DNA of 64,000 nucleotides from a virus (IMGVR_UViG_3300021958_010858:2982-66981); one strand, 5' to 3'. Shown: positions 8,754 to 17,086, numbered from the stretch's first letter. Made by a program: numbers and translations. Notes: generated from the sequence alone by a model not told the origin.

Positions 8754-9060
8754 TATTTATTGTTTTTGAAATTACTCTTTTAGACTCTTCTAATAAATCA
8801 TCATCATAACAAAACTGAATTTGATTTGGGTCTTCAAATGGATGCTCTGCAGGTTCACAAATATCTTTAGTTTCTTTTTTGGGGCTAGACCTCAACCAGT
8901 TTCTCTGTGCCATGCGGACTACGAATCTCATAAACGCGAAAGCGTAAACCTTATTTAATTCAATATATCCATTGAAACCCTCTGCTTCCAGAATCGTAAA
9001 AGTTTTTTTTTCTTCGTCGTATTCAAAAGCGACATTCTTCAGCTCTTTTGTAATCTTCAT
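8746..9060 (-). CDS. hypothetical protein
   Basis: ORF track 8746-9090; ATG near 9060 (MKITKEL) preferred. Confidence 0.55.
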   Translation of the reverse strand: MKITKELKNVAFEYDEEKKTFTILEAEGFNGYIELNKVYAFAFMRFVVRMAQRNWLRSSPKKETKDICEPAEHPFEDPNQIQFCYDDDLLEESKRVISKTINNE

Positions 9061-9061
9061 T

Positions 9062-9190
9062 TTATTCTTCGTATTGAGTGGGGAATCCAAAATTGTTTCT
9101 CCTGACCACTTTCTTCTTTTTTGCGAGTTTTGGTTTATTTCTAATTTTTGACATTACTAAATTGAATGTATTTCGTATTATTTGTTTCAT
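9062..9190 (-). CDS. 42-aa basic peptide (not in ORF track)
   Basis: MKQIIRN...KPKLAKKKKVVRRNNFGFPTQYEE*, downstream of a TTGACA promoter. Confidence 0.5.
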   Translation of the reverse strand: MKQIIRNTFNLVMSKIRNKPKLAKKKKVVRRNNFGFPTQYEE

Positions 9191-9227
9191 TTTATATATA
9201 TTATACTGCTTTGTGGGTTTGTCAAAC

Positions 9228-9251
9228 AAAAAAAGCGCCTTTCAGCGCTTT
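9228..9251 (-). terminator. intrinsic terminator closing the ncRNA unit
   Basis: AAAGCGC-TGAAAG-GCGCTTT stem followed by a T-run. Confidence 0.8.
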
Positions 9252-9704
9252 AAGTGCAAGATGCATATTAGGGTTGCAGCTTAATGATCGGCCCAAGCTA
9301 TACATCTCTATACCCGTGGTAATAAATAGTGAGCCACATAATATATAATGTGGTCTCTGATCGGGGTTTCAATCTTATTGTGATCGACTCTCTCGATTAA
9401 AATAGGTGTGGGGGAGGGCTACTGTATACCTCCAACTTTTCGGCGTGAACATCAGTTCATGGTGTACCTACTTCGAACTACAAATTAGACGTGGTATTTG
9501 TCATCGACTCATCCGATTGGACTCTACCGCCCCACCACAGGGAATTTGCATACCTTAACCCGCTCACGACAGGTTTAGTTCGGTCACCCACAGGAAGGAT
9601 TATAAGCCCTTCCAAATAGAATGGAACGAGTCAATGTCCGATACTCAGCTATCAACTCATTGTTCCAAAAGTGTTTAAAATGTTAAAGAACAAAAATAAA
9701 TTAT
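9228..9704 (-). ncRNA. large structured non-coding RNA, family unassigned (GOLLD/ROOL/MISL-class candidate)
   Basis: No minus-strand ORF >=60 aa in the track; 44% GC (hand count 186/420 over 9241-9660) in an AT-rich genome; many hairpins; own promoter and terminator. Confidence 0.75.
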
Positions 9705-9710
9705 ACTTCT

Positions 9711-9738
9711 AGTATATATCTATATTTAAAAAAGTCAA
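9711..9738 (-). promoter_or_regulatory. sigma70-type promoter of the ncRNA
   Basis: TTGACT-16 bp-TATACT. Confidence 0.55.
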
Positions 9739-9746
9739 CAAAAAAA

Positions 9747-9923
9747 TTAATTTTCTGAATTTTCTGAATTTTCCAGCTCAAATAAATCTCCTTTGACTAC
9801 GTCTAGAGACTTTTCTAAATCTTGTATTCTTGAAAGAAGAAAGCTAAGTTTCGACCTAAGTTTTTGGTCTTTTTTCTCCATCTCTTCCCTGAGTTTTTTT
9901 AATTCTTCTTGTATTTCTTTCAT
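9747..9923 (-). CDS. 58-aa coiled-coil protein (not in ORF track)
   Basis: MKEIQEELKKLREEMEKK...ENSENSEN*. Confidence 0.6.
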   Translation of the reverse strand: MKEIQEELKKLREEMEKKDQKLRSKLSFLLSRIQDLEKSLDVVKGDLFELENSENSEN

Positions 9924-10156
9924 TAAATTGTCGGATCCTTTCCTTCTGCTTTTTCCACATAACCTACGGAATATCCTACTTTGAATACATTTCTGTCAAT
10001 GAACAAGACTAGGGCGCACACGACCCATGGTATCCAATTGGCAAAACCCATCGTTAAGAATAGTAGGGTTCCGATTAGTAGTGGCGGAAAAAACCTATTA
10101 CAGCAATAGTTGATTACTGAATTTGGATTGGGTGCTGTTTCGAATTTTTCTTTCAT
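9923..10156 (-). CDS. small membrane protein
   Basis: two hydrophobic helices. Confidence 0.6.
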   Translation of the reverse strand: MKEKFETAPNPNSVINYCCNRFFPPLLIGTLLFLTMGFANWIPWVVCALVLFIDRNVFKVGYSVGYVEKAEGKDPTI

Positions 10157-10162
10157 ATCTAT

Positions 10163-10190
10163 ATTATATATGTCGATTTTTAAAAGTCAA
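10163..10190 (-). promoter_or_regulatory. sigma70-type promoter
   Basis: TTGACT-16 bp-TATAAT, 6 nt to ATG 10156. Confidence 0.6.
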
Positions 10191-10200
10191 GTGTAATATA
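10191..10200 (+). promoter_or_regulatory. GTGTA-type upstream motif
   Basis: GTGTAATATA just upstream of ATG 10207. Confidence 0.5.
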
Positions 10201-10206
10201 GTTTAT

Positions 10207-10443
10207 ATGAAGGACAAAATTGTACATTATGGAATAATAATATTTGTTTTATTTATTATTTTTCATATTGCAACTTTGCAAAACGAAAATAGCCAAAATA
10301 GAAAATTACTTGAAGACTCTCGTAAAATAATAGAAAAGCAAAGAGATGTTATAGACGCTCAAAATATGTATATAAATTATATGGGTGGACAAAATCTTTC
10401 TCCGATTCATCAACAAGCAAAGCCCTATAAGGGGCCAATTTAA
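10207..10443 (+). CDS. single-TM coiled-coil protein
   Basis: ORF track 10123-10443; ATG 10207 (MKDKIVHYGIIIF) preferred. Confidence 0.6.
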   Translation: MKDKIVHYGIIIFVLFIIFHIATLQNENSQNRKLLEDSRKIIEKQRDVIDAQNMYINYMGGQNLSPIHQQAKPYKGPI

Positions 10444-11132
10444 TTATAGATTCTCTTTCCTCCTTTTACATATCTTTTTTTTCTCGCTCGGCTTCTTGAT
10501 ACTTTGGTTCTCCACGAGTCATTTAATATTTCGTCATTTGCTTTAAAGTTGTTTTTCCATAAAACATAGGACAATAAAGATTGATCTCTGTACGAAAAAT
10601 TTTTCATTAAGCTGTACAATTCTTCGCAAATTTTATTAACTTTATCATTTTTTAGTGACCTAAGTTGTATTTGCGTTTCCCATAGTCCATAGTTTTTAGG
10701 AAATTTTTCTAACTTTAAAAAGCTTCCCACTTTATCCATGCTTTCCTTCGAGTCTCTGCCGAATTTTACAATTGCGCGAAGTTCATCATAGATGCAATCT
10801 CTTTTTTTATGCTTTTTTAGATAAAAATCCTCTTCCAAGGAATCCCAGTTTTTATTGACATTTGGATTTAGCCATGCATCTACGTATATAGCTTTATCGT
10901 AATTTTTTAGTTCCTTATGTATATGATACTTATAGTATTTTGCCGTATAAATTGGGTGATTTGAGATAAGGTTTCTGGGCATAACTGTCCACCCATTAAA
11001 AAACTCTTGGTTGGTTATCTCGGAGACATTTGAAAAAATAAAATAATCCCAACCTTTCATTGGGGAAATCACCCTGGGGTTCTCAAACGGCTTCCCGTCA
11101 GCGGAAAAATTTGTTGTTACAACGCACTTCAT
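10440..11132 (-). CDS. DUF616-like glycosyltransferase
   Basis: YVDA, KHKKRDCIYDE, GLWET, RDQSLLSYVLWK. Confidence 0.7.
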   Translation of the reverse strand: MKCVVTTNFSADGKPFENPRVISPMKGWDYFIFSNVSEITNQEFFNGWTVMPRNLISNHPIYTAKYYKYHIHKELKNYDKAIYVDAWLNPNVNKNWDSLEEDFYLKKHKKRDCIYDELRAIVKFGRDSKESMDKVGSFLKLEKFPKNYGLWETQIQLRSLKNDKVNKICEELYSLMKNFSYRDQSLLSYVLWKNNFKANDEILNDSWRTKVSRSRARKKRYVKGGKRIYN

Positions 11133-11545
11133 CTTCCTGAACTACCAAAGCCTCCCGTCCCTCGTTCCGATTGATCAAGCTCGTCAACCTCTATAACCTT
11201 TAACATTGGTATCTCCATAATAATTAACTGACCAACTTTTTCTCCGATTCCATAGGAGCTTCCAAGTGTAGGAGCGCTCATTCTAAGTTTAACTTCTCCC
11301 CTGTAGCCAGAATCAATTACCCCAACAGAGTTTCTTAAAAACTGATCTTTTTTTGAAATGCTCGACCTAGGAAATAGTAATCCAACAAACCCTTTTGGTA
11401 TTTCTATGGATAATCCCGTGCCGTACTCCCAATATCCATCTTCCATTGTTAGTGAAACTGCCGTTAAATCTAAACCAGCATCTCCTTCGTTTGCATAATT
11501 TGGTATTTTTGCGTTGGTGTCTAATTTTTTAAATTTAAGATACAT
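11129..11545 (-). CDS. dut: trimeric dUTPase
   Basis: AGLDL, RSS, GVIDSGYRGE, RGTGGFGSSG motifs. Confidence 0.95.
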   Translation of the reverse strand: MYLKFKKLDTNAKIPNYANEGDAGLDLTAVSLTMEDGYWEYGTGLSIEIPKGFVGLLFPRSSISKKDQFLRNSVGVIDSGYRGEVKLRMSAPTLGSSYGIGEKVGQLIIMEIPMLKVIEVDELDQSERGTGGFGSSGR

Positions 11546-11990
11546 TTATTTTTGCTTCCTTTAATAGATTAATTCCATCTTTATTTCTGTAAAGTTTTCC
11601 ATATACAACTCTTTTGATTCCCGATTGAATAATTAATTTTGCACATTCTATACACGGAGATATTGTAATGTACATTGTAGCTCCTTCACTAGATTGCGTC
11701 GATTTCGCTAATTTAGTTATAGCATTACTTTCGGCGTGTAAAACTTCGGGTTTTGTTATTAGAGCGTTTGGTGGGTGTTTGCTTAAATCTTTAGGTGCTT
11801 CAGATTTTGGCATAATACTTGCCTCGCAAATGTTATCAAAACCACTAGGAGTTCCGTTGTAGCCATCTGAGATAATAGCCCCATCCTTTACGATTAGGCA
11901 GCCAACTTTTTTTCGATTAGCTTTTGAAAGCTTCGACCATCTTTTTGCCATATCTAAATATGTGGAATCTAGTTCGTGCTGATTTGGCAT
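11535..11990 (-). CDS. dCMP deaminase
   Basis: HAESNAI and SPCIEC zinc motifs, DGYNG; ATG 11990 preferred. Confidence 0.92.
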   Translation of the reverse strand: MPNQHELDSTYLDMAKRWSKLSKANRKKVGCLIVKDGAIISDGYNGTPSGFDNICEASIMPKSEAPKDLSKHPPNALITKPEVLHAESNAITKLAKSTQSSEGATMYITISPCIECAKLIIQSGIKRVVYGKLYRNKDGINLLKEAKINVS

Positions 11991-11991
11991 A

Positions 11992-12087
11992 TTAATTAAA
12001 CCAATCTGAATCTCCATCAAAAACAAAGAAATACATTACTGCAATTCCCGCGCTCATTATTAAAAAGTATGTCAACGGATCATCCAT
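11992..12087 (-). CDS. 31-aa membrane peptide (not in ORF track)
   Basis: MDDPLTYFLIMSAGIAVMYFFVFDGDSDWFN*, fills the gap. Confidence 0.5.
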   Translation of the reverse strand: MDDPLTYFLIMSAGIAVMYFFVFDGDSDWFN

Positions 12088-12364
12088 TTAATTCTGTTTC
12101 TGATTGTTGGCTTGGTACTAAAATTGAATTGCCGAGCTCCTCGGCTTTGCAGAATTTAACTGCTGGCTCCATTCTATCTATCCAATTTTTACTAAAACGA
12201 CACCACTCCTCCACAGCCAATATTTTGATTGCTTTTGTGTGGATATGTTTTGTTCTAAATGTATACGCTAGAAAATCTAAAGCTTCGCTAGAATGAAAAA
12301 CATTATAATAACTTGTGCTACTTTCTGCTGAATTGCTTCCTATCCATGTTATCCTATATTCCAT
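12080..12364 (-). CDS. hypothetical protein
   Basis: ORF track 12080-12406; ATG 12364 preferred. Confidence 0.55.
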   Translation of the reverse strand: MEYRITWIGSNSAESSTSYYNVFHSSEALDFLAYTFRTKHIHTKAIKILAVEEWCRFSKNWIDRMEPAVKFCKAEELGNSILVPSQQSETELNG

Positions 12365-12590
12365 AGGGAAATTGTGTTTGCTTGCTTTCGCCTCTTTCAT
12401 CTTCATATACTAATATAATTCTTTCTTCGTTAACGTCAACATAAACTTCCATTCCTGCCAAGATTAAATCTAATATTTCTGGGTCTTCTTGGTGAGCGTC
12501 TAATTTTAACATTCTGCTCAAGAAATCCATTAAATAGTTTTTTAGGACTACTGGTTCAGTACTTGACTCTGCAAGAAAAATATATTTCAT
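12354..12590 (-). CDS. hypothetical protein
   Basis: 78-aa tiled ORF. Confidence 0.55.
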   Translation of the reverse strand: MKYIFLAESSTEPVVLKNYLMDFLSRMLKLDAHQEDPEILDLILAGMEVYVDVNEERIILVYEDERGESKQTQFPYGI

Positions 12591-12820
12591 TCATTTTTTT
12601 TCTTATTCTTGCACTTGCATTTGATTGAACAACTATTGTTTTGCCCATCTTCTTTTCTGAAAATTGTGTCGTAATTTTCATCAAACTTTTTCTTGTCTAT
12701 TGGTCTTGGCGCATCTCCTTTGCCTGCGCCAGAGAACTCTTTTTTATAAGTTTCGTTGCTCACTAGTTTTGGTTTATTTTTTGCTATTTCGCTTGTTATT
12801 TTTTTGCCTTTTTTACTCAT
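12587..12820 (-). CDS. small basic phage-type protein
   Basis: GAGKGDAPRPIDKKKFDENYDTIF motif. Confidence 0.6.
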   Translation of the reverse strand: MSKKGKKITSEIAKNKPKLVSNETYKKEFSGAGKGDAPRPIDKKKFDENYDTIFRKEDGQNNSCSIKCKCKNKKKNE

Positions 12821-13791
12821 ATTGATGACAGGTTAAACCTTTCTCCCTTTAGTGAATCCCAGTATTCCTCTTGTTCTGCAGATTTTTTTACTCTTTTTAC
12901 TACTTTTTGAAGTTTGTGGCGATTTGCCTTTACTTCTTTCCTGTGCTCGGTTTCCGAGCAAAGCAGGTTGGAATTTTTTTGAGAAACCTGCTTGCCTGTA
13001 TCTAGGGCAAGTTTTATTTTGCTCAAAGAAGCTTCTTGGATCTGCCTTACTCTTTCTTTTGTGAGTTTATGTTCTCTTCCGATTTCGTCAAGAGTTTTAA
13101 TTGTTGACCCAAATAATCCAAATCTATGTGATACTATGTATTTCTCTCTTTCATTGAGGTTATTTACACACTCTAGGAGCTCATCATTTAATTCTGAAGA
13201 CTCTATGTCTTCCACGAAATCCTGGGAATCGTCTTTAATTAAATCCGCTAGAGTTAGATCTTCTTCGTTGCTTGAACTTAAATTTTGATCCAGCGAACTT
13301 GAGTCTGTCATAGACTGCTTTAAATTTATAATCTGAGTTTCCGCAATTCCAATCTTTTTTGAAATTTCTTTTGGCGTAGGATTTCTGCCTAATTCTTCAA
13401 GCATAGCTTCTTCCGCCTTTTTAATTTTGAAATATTTATTTACTGCACCTAGCGGAATTGCAATTGACCTATTTTTCTTGTAAATAAATTCTCTAATCTT
13501 TGATTTTACATAAAACGCCGCAAAGGTGCTGAACTTATTTCCTTTTGAAAAATCATATCTTTCTGCCGCAATCATTAGCCCGCAATTGCCTTCGGCGATT
13601 AGATCTTCTAAATCATTGACTGAAGACTTGTATTGTTTTGCGATATAGATAACTAGCTTGAGGTTAGATTCCACCAGCTTGGTTCTCGCCTCGTCTTTAT
13701 TAAGAGACGATAAGTTCATTTCTTCTTCCGCGGTAAGCGTTTCTTTTTCGGAAACTTCGTTTAAGTATTTTTGTAAAGTATTGTTTTGCAT
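12817..13791 (-). CDS. RNA polymerase sigma70-family factor (group 2-like, divergent region 2)
   Basis: r1.2 LQKYLNEV, r2 NLKLVIYIAKQY/DLIAEGNCGL, r3, r4 LDEIG...ERVRQI; ATG 13791 preferred because the track start is the promoter TTG. Confidence 0.92.
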   Translation of the reverse strand: MQNNTLQKYLNEVSEKETLTAEEEMNLSSLNKDEARTKLVESNLKLVIYIAKQYKSSVNDLEDLIAEGNCGLMIAAERYDFSKGNKFSTFAAFYVKSKIREFIYKKNRSIAIPLGAVNKYFKIKKAEEAMLEELGRNPTPKEISKKIGIAETQIINLKQSMTDSSSLDQNLSSSNEEDLTLADLIKDDSQDFVEDIESSELNDELLECVNNLNEREKYIVSHRFGLFGSTIKTLDEIGREHKLTKERVRQIQEASLSKIKLALDTGKQVSQKNSNLLCSETEHRKEVKANRHKLQKVVKRVKKSAEQEEYWDSLKGERFNLSSI

Positions 13792-13825
13792 AATTTCTGG
13801 GTTTTTAATTTTGATTATGCTATAT

Positions 13826-13854
13826 ATAGTATAGAACTCTCGCGGCTTTGTCAA
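13826..13854 (-). promoter_or_regulatory. sigma70-type promoter of the sigma gene
   Basis: TTGACA-17 bp-TACTAT. Confidence 0.55.
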
Positions 13855-13878
13855 TATTTTTTTTAAAAAAAGTGAAAA

Positions 13879-14302
13879 TGGTGGAGGTGGCGGGAGTTGA
13901 ACCCGCGTCCTAAGTGCCTTCAGTATACACTTCTACATGCTTAGTCAATTTCCTTTAGGGTTGTTGATATTGACATCGAACCGCTTGTTTCAATTATTTA
14001 CAGTTTATGAAAGAGCAAACCTTTTCTGTTTTGCAGATAATGCCCTCGCGTACGCTATCTGCGTCACGTATTTGAGGAGACAGCGTTTAAGCTGCCATTT
14101 CGAGCTCTTCAAGCTCTCCATAAAGGGCAGTGGCTTCCTCAATAACTTGAGAAACTGCATACTCTTCACGAGCGGCTTCAAGAAGCTCTTCTACGGTATT
14201 ATAACCTTCGCCATTTATAGGCTTTGTGTCTTATTGCGGAGCCAGACACATCTCCGACATGCGATGCATAAATCCAACATTAGTCGAATCCAGTACACCC
14301 CC
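13879..14302 (-). ncRNA. ssrA: tmRNA (424 nt)
   Basis: 5' GGGGGTG pairs with 3' CACCTCC-A-CCA including G3:U wobble; T-arm GCGGGTTCAACTCCCGC; pk1 CGGAG/CTCCG plus TGTGTCT/AGACACA; tag frame ending AA-stop. Confidence 0.95.
14087..14212 (-). other. tmRNA tag reading frame, 41 codons: GEGYNTVEELLEAAREEYAVSQVIEEATALYGELEELEMAA*
   Basis: resume context ATAAAT-GGC right after pk1; open to GCA GCT TAA. Confidence 0.8.
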
Positions 14303-14325
14303 AAAATTTTTCAAAGAACTATTAT

Positions 14326-14353
14326 AGTATACACTAATAAATGATAATGTCAA
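14326..14353 (-). promoter_or_regulatory. promoter of tmRNA
   Basis: TTGACA-16 bp-TATACT; also contains the GTGTA motif. Confidence 0.55.
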
Positions 14354-14580
14354 GGTTTTTTGCTTCTCTTTATTAAATTTGCGAATTTATCAACCGACAT
14401 TTCTCCTATTATAATTTCTTCGTAATCTTCTGTAGAAATACCTATGAATTGTTCGCATTTATTAATTGATTTTTTTGCCAGTTTTTCTTGTTCGTCTGAC
14501 GCAACGCCATTATCTAAGGCATACTTGGCGAGAGTAATTAAATTTTCTATTGCGTTTTTTAATTTTTTGTCTGGTTTCAT
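14350..14580 (-). CDS. hypothetical protein
   Basis: 76 aa, preceded by GTGTATATATTAT-ATG. Confidence 0.6.
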   Translation of the reverse strand: MKPDKKLKNAIENLITLAKYALDNGVASDEQEKLAKKSINKCEQFIGISTEDYEEIIIGEMSVDKFANLIKRSKKP

Positions 14581-14694
14581 ATAATATATACACTAATTTA
14601 ATTAAGCGTTGTGAATTCTTTTGTTGGCTTGGGGTATCTCTAGCGAAAAATAACCCCCTATTCCGTTATTGACATTATATGTTCTCATCGTTAA

Positions 14695-15615
14695 TTAAAC
14701 CATAAACCTGTCATATGTTATTTTGATAAATTTTTCGGCATTAGTGATGTTTTCCTTTTCTAGCTCCTCAAGGTAAGGTCTTAGTTTGCGCCTAGTTTTG
14801 TTTGCTCTATCCAAATCTTCTAGTCCATATGCTGTACCATATTTTAAATATGGAATATTTATATTTTTTGATCGATGATTTTTTCCTAGAGACGGATTTG
14901 GTATAATTACACTCTGGCAGCCGCAAAGCGCTGCAATTGTAGAGATATATGTTGCACAATCATATGAATAAAATATTTCGTGAGTATTAAATGCATGCAG
15001 GAATTCTTTAAATCTTCCAGATAAACGTAAAGCGCCAGGTTTTTCGTATCTTTCCGCCTCGCCAGACAGGAGCATTTGCTCCCTGTTTTTTTCTCCCTTT
15101 TTAACTAAAAAACAACTACCTTTTCGTTTTTTACCCAAATCTTTGAAGAAGTCTTTTTGGGTTTCCCAAATAGAAAAAACATCTTTTTCGCATTTAACCA
15201 AATCTGTTTCGAATTGAGAGCTATGTAAAAATTTTAAATCAGAATTTTTCCAGGTTTTAGATGTTTTTTCGTTGACATGATACAATATATATCTAACTAT
15301 ATTTTTTGTGCCAGCAATTGGATTTCCCTGCACTCCCTCTGGATAAATAAAAACATTTTCTTTGGCGGTGAAATCTATATCCTTGCTTAATAGTGGTGTT
15401 TTATATAGCGGATTTGTTTTATATTTTTTTTCACAAATATCTTCATTGGTTATCTCAAGACCCATTGCATGCCTTCTGTAGCCCCTTAATGGGAGCATGA
15501 ATGCGTTTTCCCCTAGCTTATTTAATATATCGCATAATTTATGTAAAACGACAATTCCGCCAGAGTCTGGATTGTATGAATTTGCAAAAATAATATAGTT
15601 TAATTTATTTTTCAC
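14695..15615 (-). CDS. glycosyltransferase-like protein (WavQ-like)
   Basis: SGGIVVLHKL, IYPEGVQGNP, FYSYD.ATY.STIAALCGC. Confidence 0.65.
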   Translation of the reverse strand: MKNKLNYIIFANSYNPDSGGIVVLHKLCDILNKLGENAFMLPLRGYRRHAMGLEITNEDICEKKYKTNPLYKTPLLSKDIDFTAKENVFIYPEGVQGNPIAGTKNIVRYILYHVNEKTSKTWKNSDLKFLHSSQFETDLVKCEKDVFSIWETQKDFFKDLGKKRKGSCFLVKKGEKNREQMLLSGEAERYEKPGALRLSGRFKEFLHAFNTHEIFYSYDCATYISTIAALCGCQSVIIPNPSLGKNHRSKNINIPYLKYGTAYGLEDLDRANKTRRKLRPYLEELEKENITNAEKFIKITYDRFMV

Positions 15616-15621
15616 AAAATT

Positions 15622-16398
15622 TTATTTTTCGTATATAGCTAAGTCTTTTAGCCATCTATCGTTTCCTAGGAATGCATCTCGAGCATGTAATGCTAGATGA
15701 TCATTGAATATTATGCCATCTCCGCGCTTCCACTGTTTGGATAAATTAAAGCAGCGGGCTGCTTGCACGTAAGTTTCCATAAATTCAAAAAACTCGTCTC
15801 TTACTTTAATAACTTCGGGACTGTTTAAGTTTTCTTTGATTTGGTAATAGTTCCAGTTTATTGTATTTCCGTCAAAAAGCTTTCTGGTGTGAGTGACTTG
15901 CCCGCTCGCTCCAGAGTATTCCCAGACTACATCGATGTTTAATTTGTTGATTAATTCGGGATTGTATTTTTCTAAAATATATTTTAATCTATTTAAGGTA
16001 AGTATATGGGTCATGCCTCCAAATTCAGAAATATCCATACAAAAAAGAAGTAGCCAGTCTGGTGCATCGGTTTCTGCGTAGTATGCATAATCTGTATGTA
16101 ATGGTTGCCTGGTATTTGCAGCAAAGTATCTATTGCCTGCAGATGGGTCATATTTAATGTCTCGATGCAGTGATTTTTTATTACTACCATTGAAATCTAT
16201 CGTCTCTTTAACCGTGCCCACGCTTTGCGCTAAATCAACATAAAAGGACTCTATATCTTTAACTGTCACATTATGTATGTGGTACCCTACATATTTACCC
16301 CAAACTTCGCTAAGCTTGTTTTTGGTTTCATTTCTCTCGGAAGATGCATCAATGCTGTATATTAAATGCTCTATATTTTGATATTTGTTATTATTCAT
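15622..16398 (-). CDS. TauD/TfdA-family Fe(II)/2OG dioxygenase
   Basis: PLHTD (HxD), PDWLLLFC, GGMT, W..GD..IFNDH..LHAR. Confidence 0.85.
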   Translation of the reverse strand: MNNNKYQNIEHLIYSIDASSERNETKNKLSEVWGKYVGYHIHNVTVKDIESFYVDLAQSVGTVKETIDFNGSNKKSLHRDIKYDPSAGNRYFAANTRQPLHTDYAYYAETDAPDWLLLFCMDISEFGGMTHILTLNRLKYILEKYNPELINKLNIDVVWEYSGASGQVTHTRKLFDGNTINWNYYQIKENLNSPEVIKVRDEFFEFMETYVQAARCFNLSKQWKRGDGIIFNDHLALHARDAFLGNDRWLKDLAIYEK

Positions 16399-17086
16399 GA
16401 TTACTTAAATATTTCAGGGTCTCTTTTTTTCCGTTAAACATTAGTACATCTATAATTGAGAGCGAGGGTATAAAACAATTTAAATGTTGACTGTATTTTA
16501 ATGTTTCGGGCTTCATAAACTTTAAGGTTACGCCCTCTTGTTTAAAATTATTGTGATCGTATAAGTGTTTGCCTCCTGTGGGGTTTATGTATACATCACA
16601 CTCTAAATTTTTACATATCGCTAATACTCTGCTTTCGCTTTTTAGGGAGTGGTCTATGTTAACCGAAGAAGAGGTGATGAATTTTGTATTAATTTCTAAA
16701 TGCGCACATAGTTTTTTCAGGCTGTTGAGTAAGAATTTAAATAAATTATTTTCTGCCAACAGGAGACATTCCTCTATTAGCGAAAAACTTTCACTAAAAT
16801 AGGGGGCTTTTGCATACGCGGATTTTATTGTATTTAATAATTTACTTCTGTCCTTTGTCCAATTTTCCGAAAGAAACCTTTCTTTAATGTCTAAATAGTC
16901 GGAATCTTTTTTGAGGGGCACTGTTATCATTTTATCTTTTCCATTTAACAGTATCCTATTTCTGTTTATCCATCCCTTTTTTGTATATTGAATATTGTCA
17001 TATACAACAAACTGATCTACAGATCTTATCAGGCGCAAATAGCCAATGTACGGGAAAAAATATGGTTGCATTATTCCTAGCTTCAT
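16391..17086 (-). CDS. wbqC: WbqC-family protein
   Basis: IMQPYFFPYIGY, YDNIQY..GW.NRNRI, YINP.GG..LY, LSIIDVL. Confidence 0.93.
   Translation of the reverse strand: MKLGIMQPYFFPYIGYLRLIRSVDQFVVYDNIQYTKKGWINRNRILLNGKDKMITVPLKKDSDYLDIKERFLSENWTKDRSKLLNTIKSAYAKAPYFSESFSLIEECLLLAENNLFKFLLNSLKKLCAHLEINTKFITSSSVNIDHSLKSESRVLAICKNLECDVYINPTGGKHLYDHNNFKQEGVTLKFMKPETLKYSQHLNCFIPSLSIIDVLMFNGKKETLKYLSNHE

Noticed and set aside
9078-9348. Plus-strand ORFs of 68 and 60 aa over the ncRNA 3' end
   Set aside because: Low-complexity antisense frames crossing a minus-strand terminator and promoter.
9228-9704. RNase P RNA or group I intron as the identity of the structured tract
   Set aside because: No GAGGAAAGUCC or matching 3' P4 strand of RNase P on either strand; no interrupted host gene and no recognisable group I P7 core by eye.
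9749-9773. 9-bp tandem repeat AATTTTCTG upstream of the ncRNA promoter as an operator
   Set aside because: Explained as the coding ENSENSEN tail of the 58-aa ORF 9747-9923.
13937-14344. 135-aa plus-strand ORF
   Set aside because: Antisense shadow of the tmRNA with no protein features.
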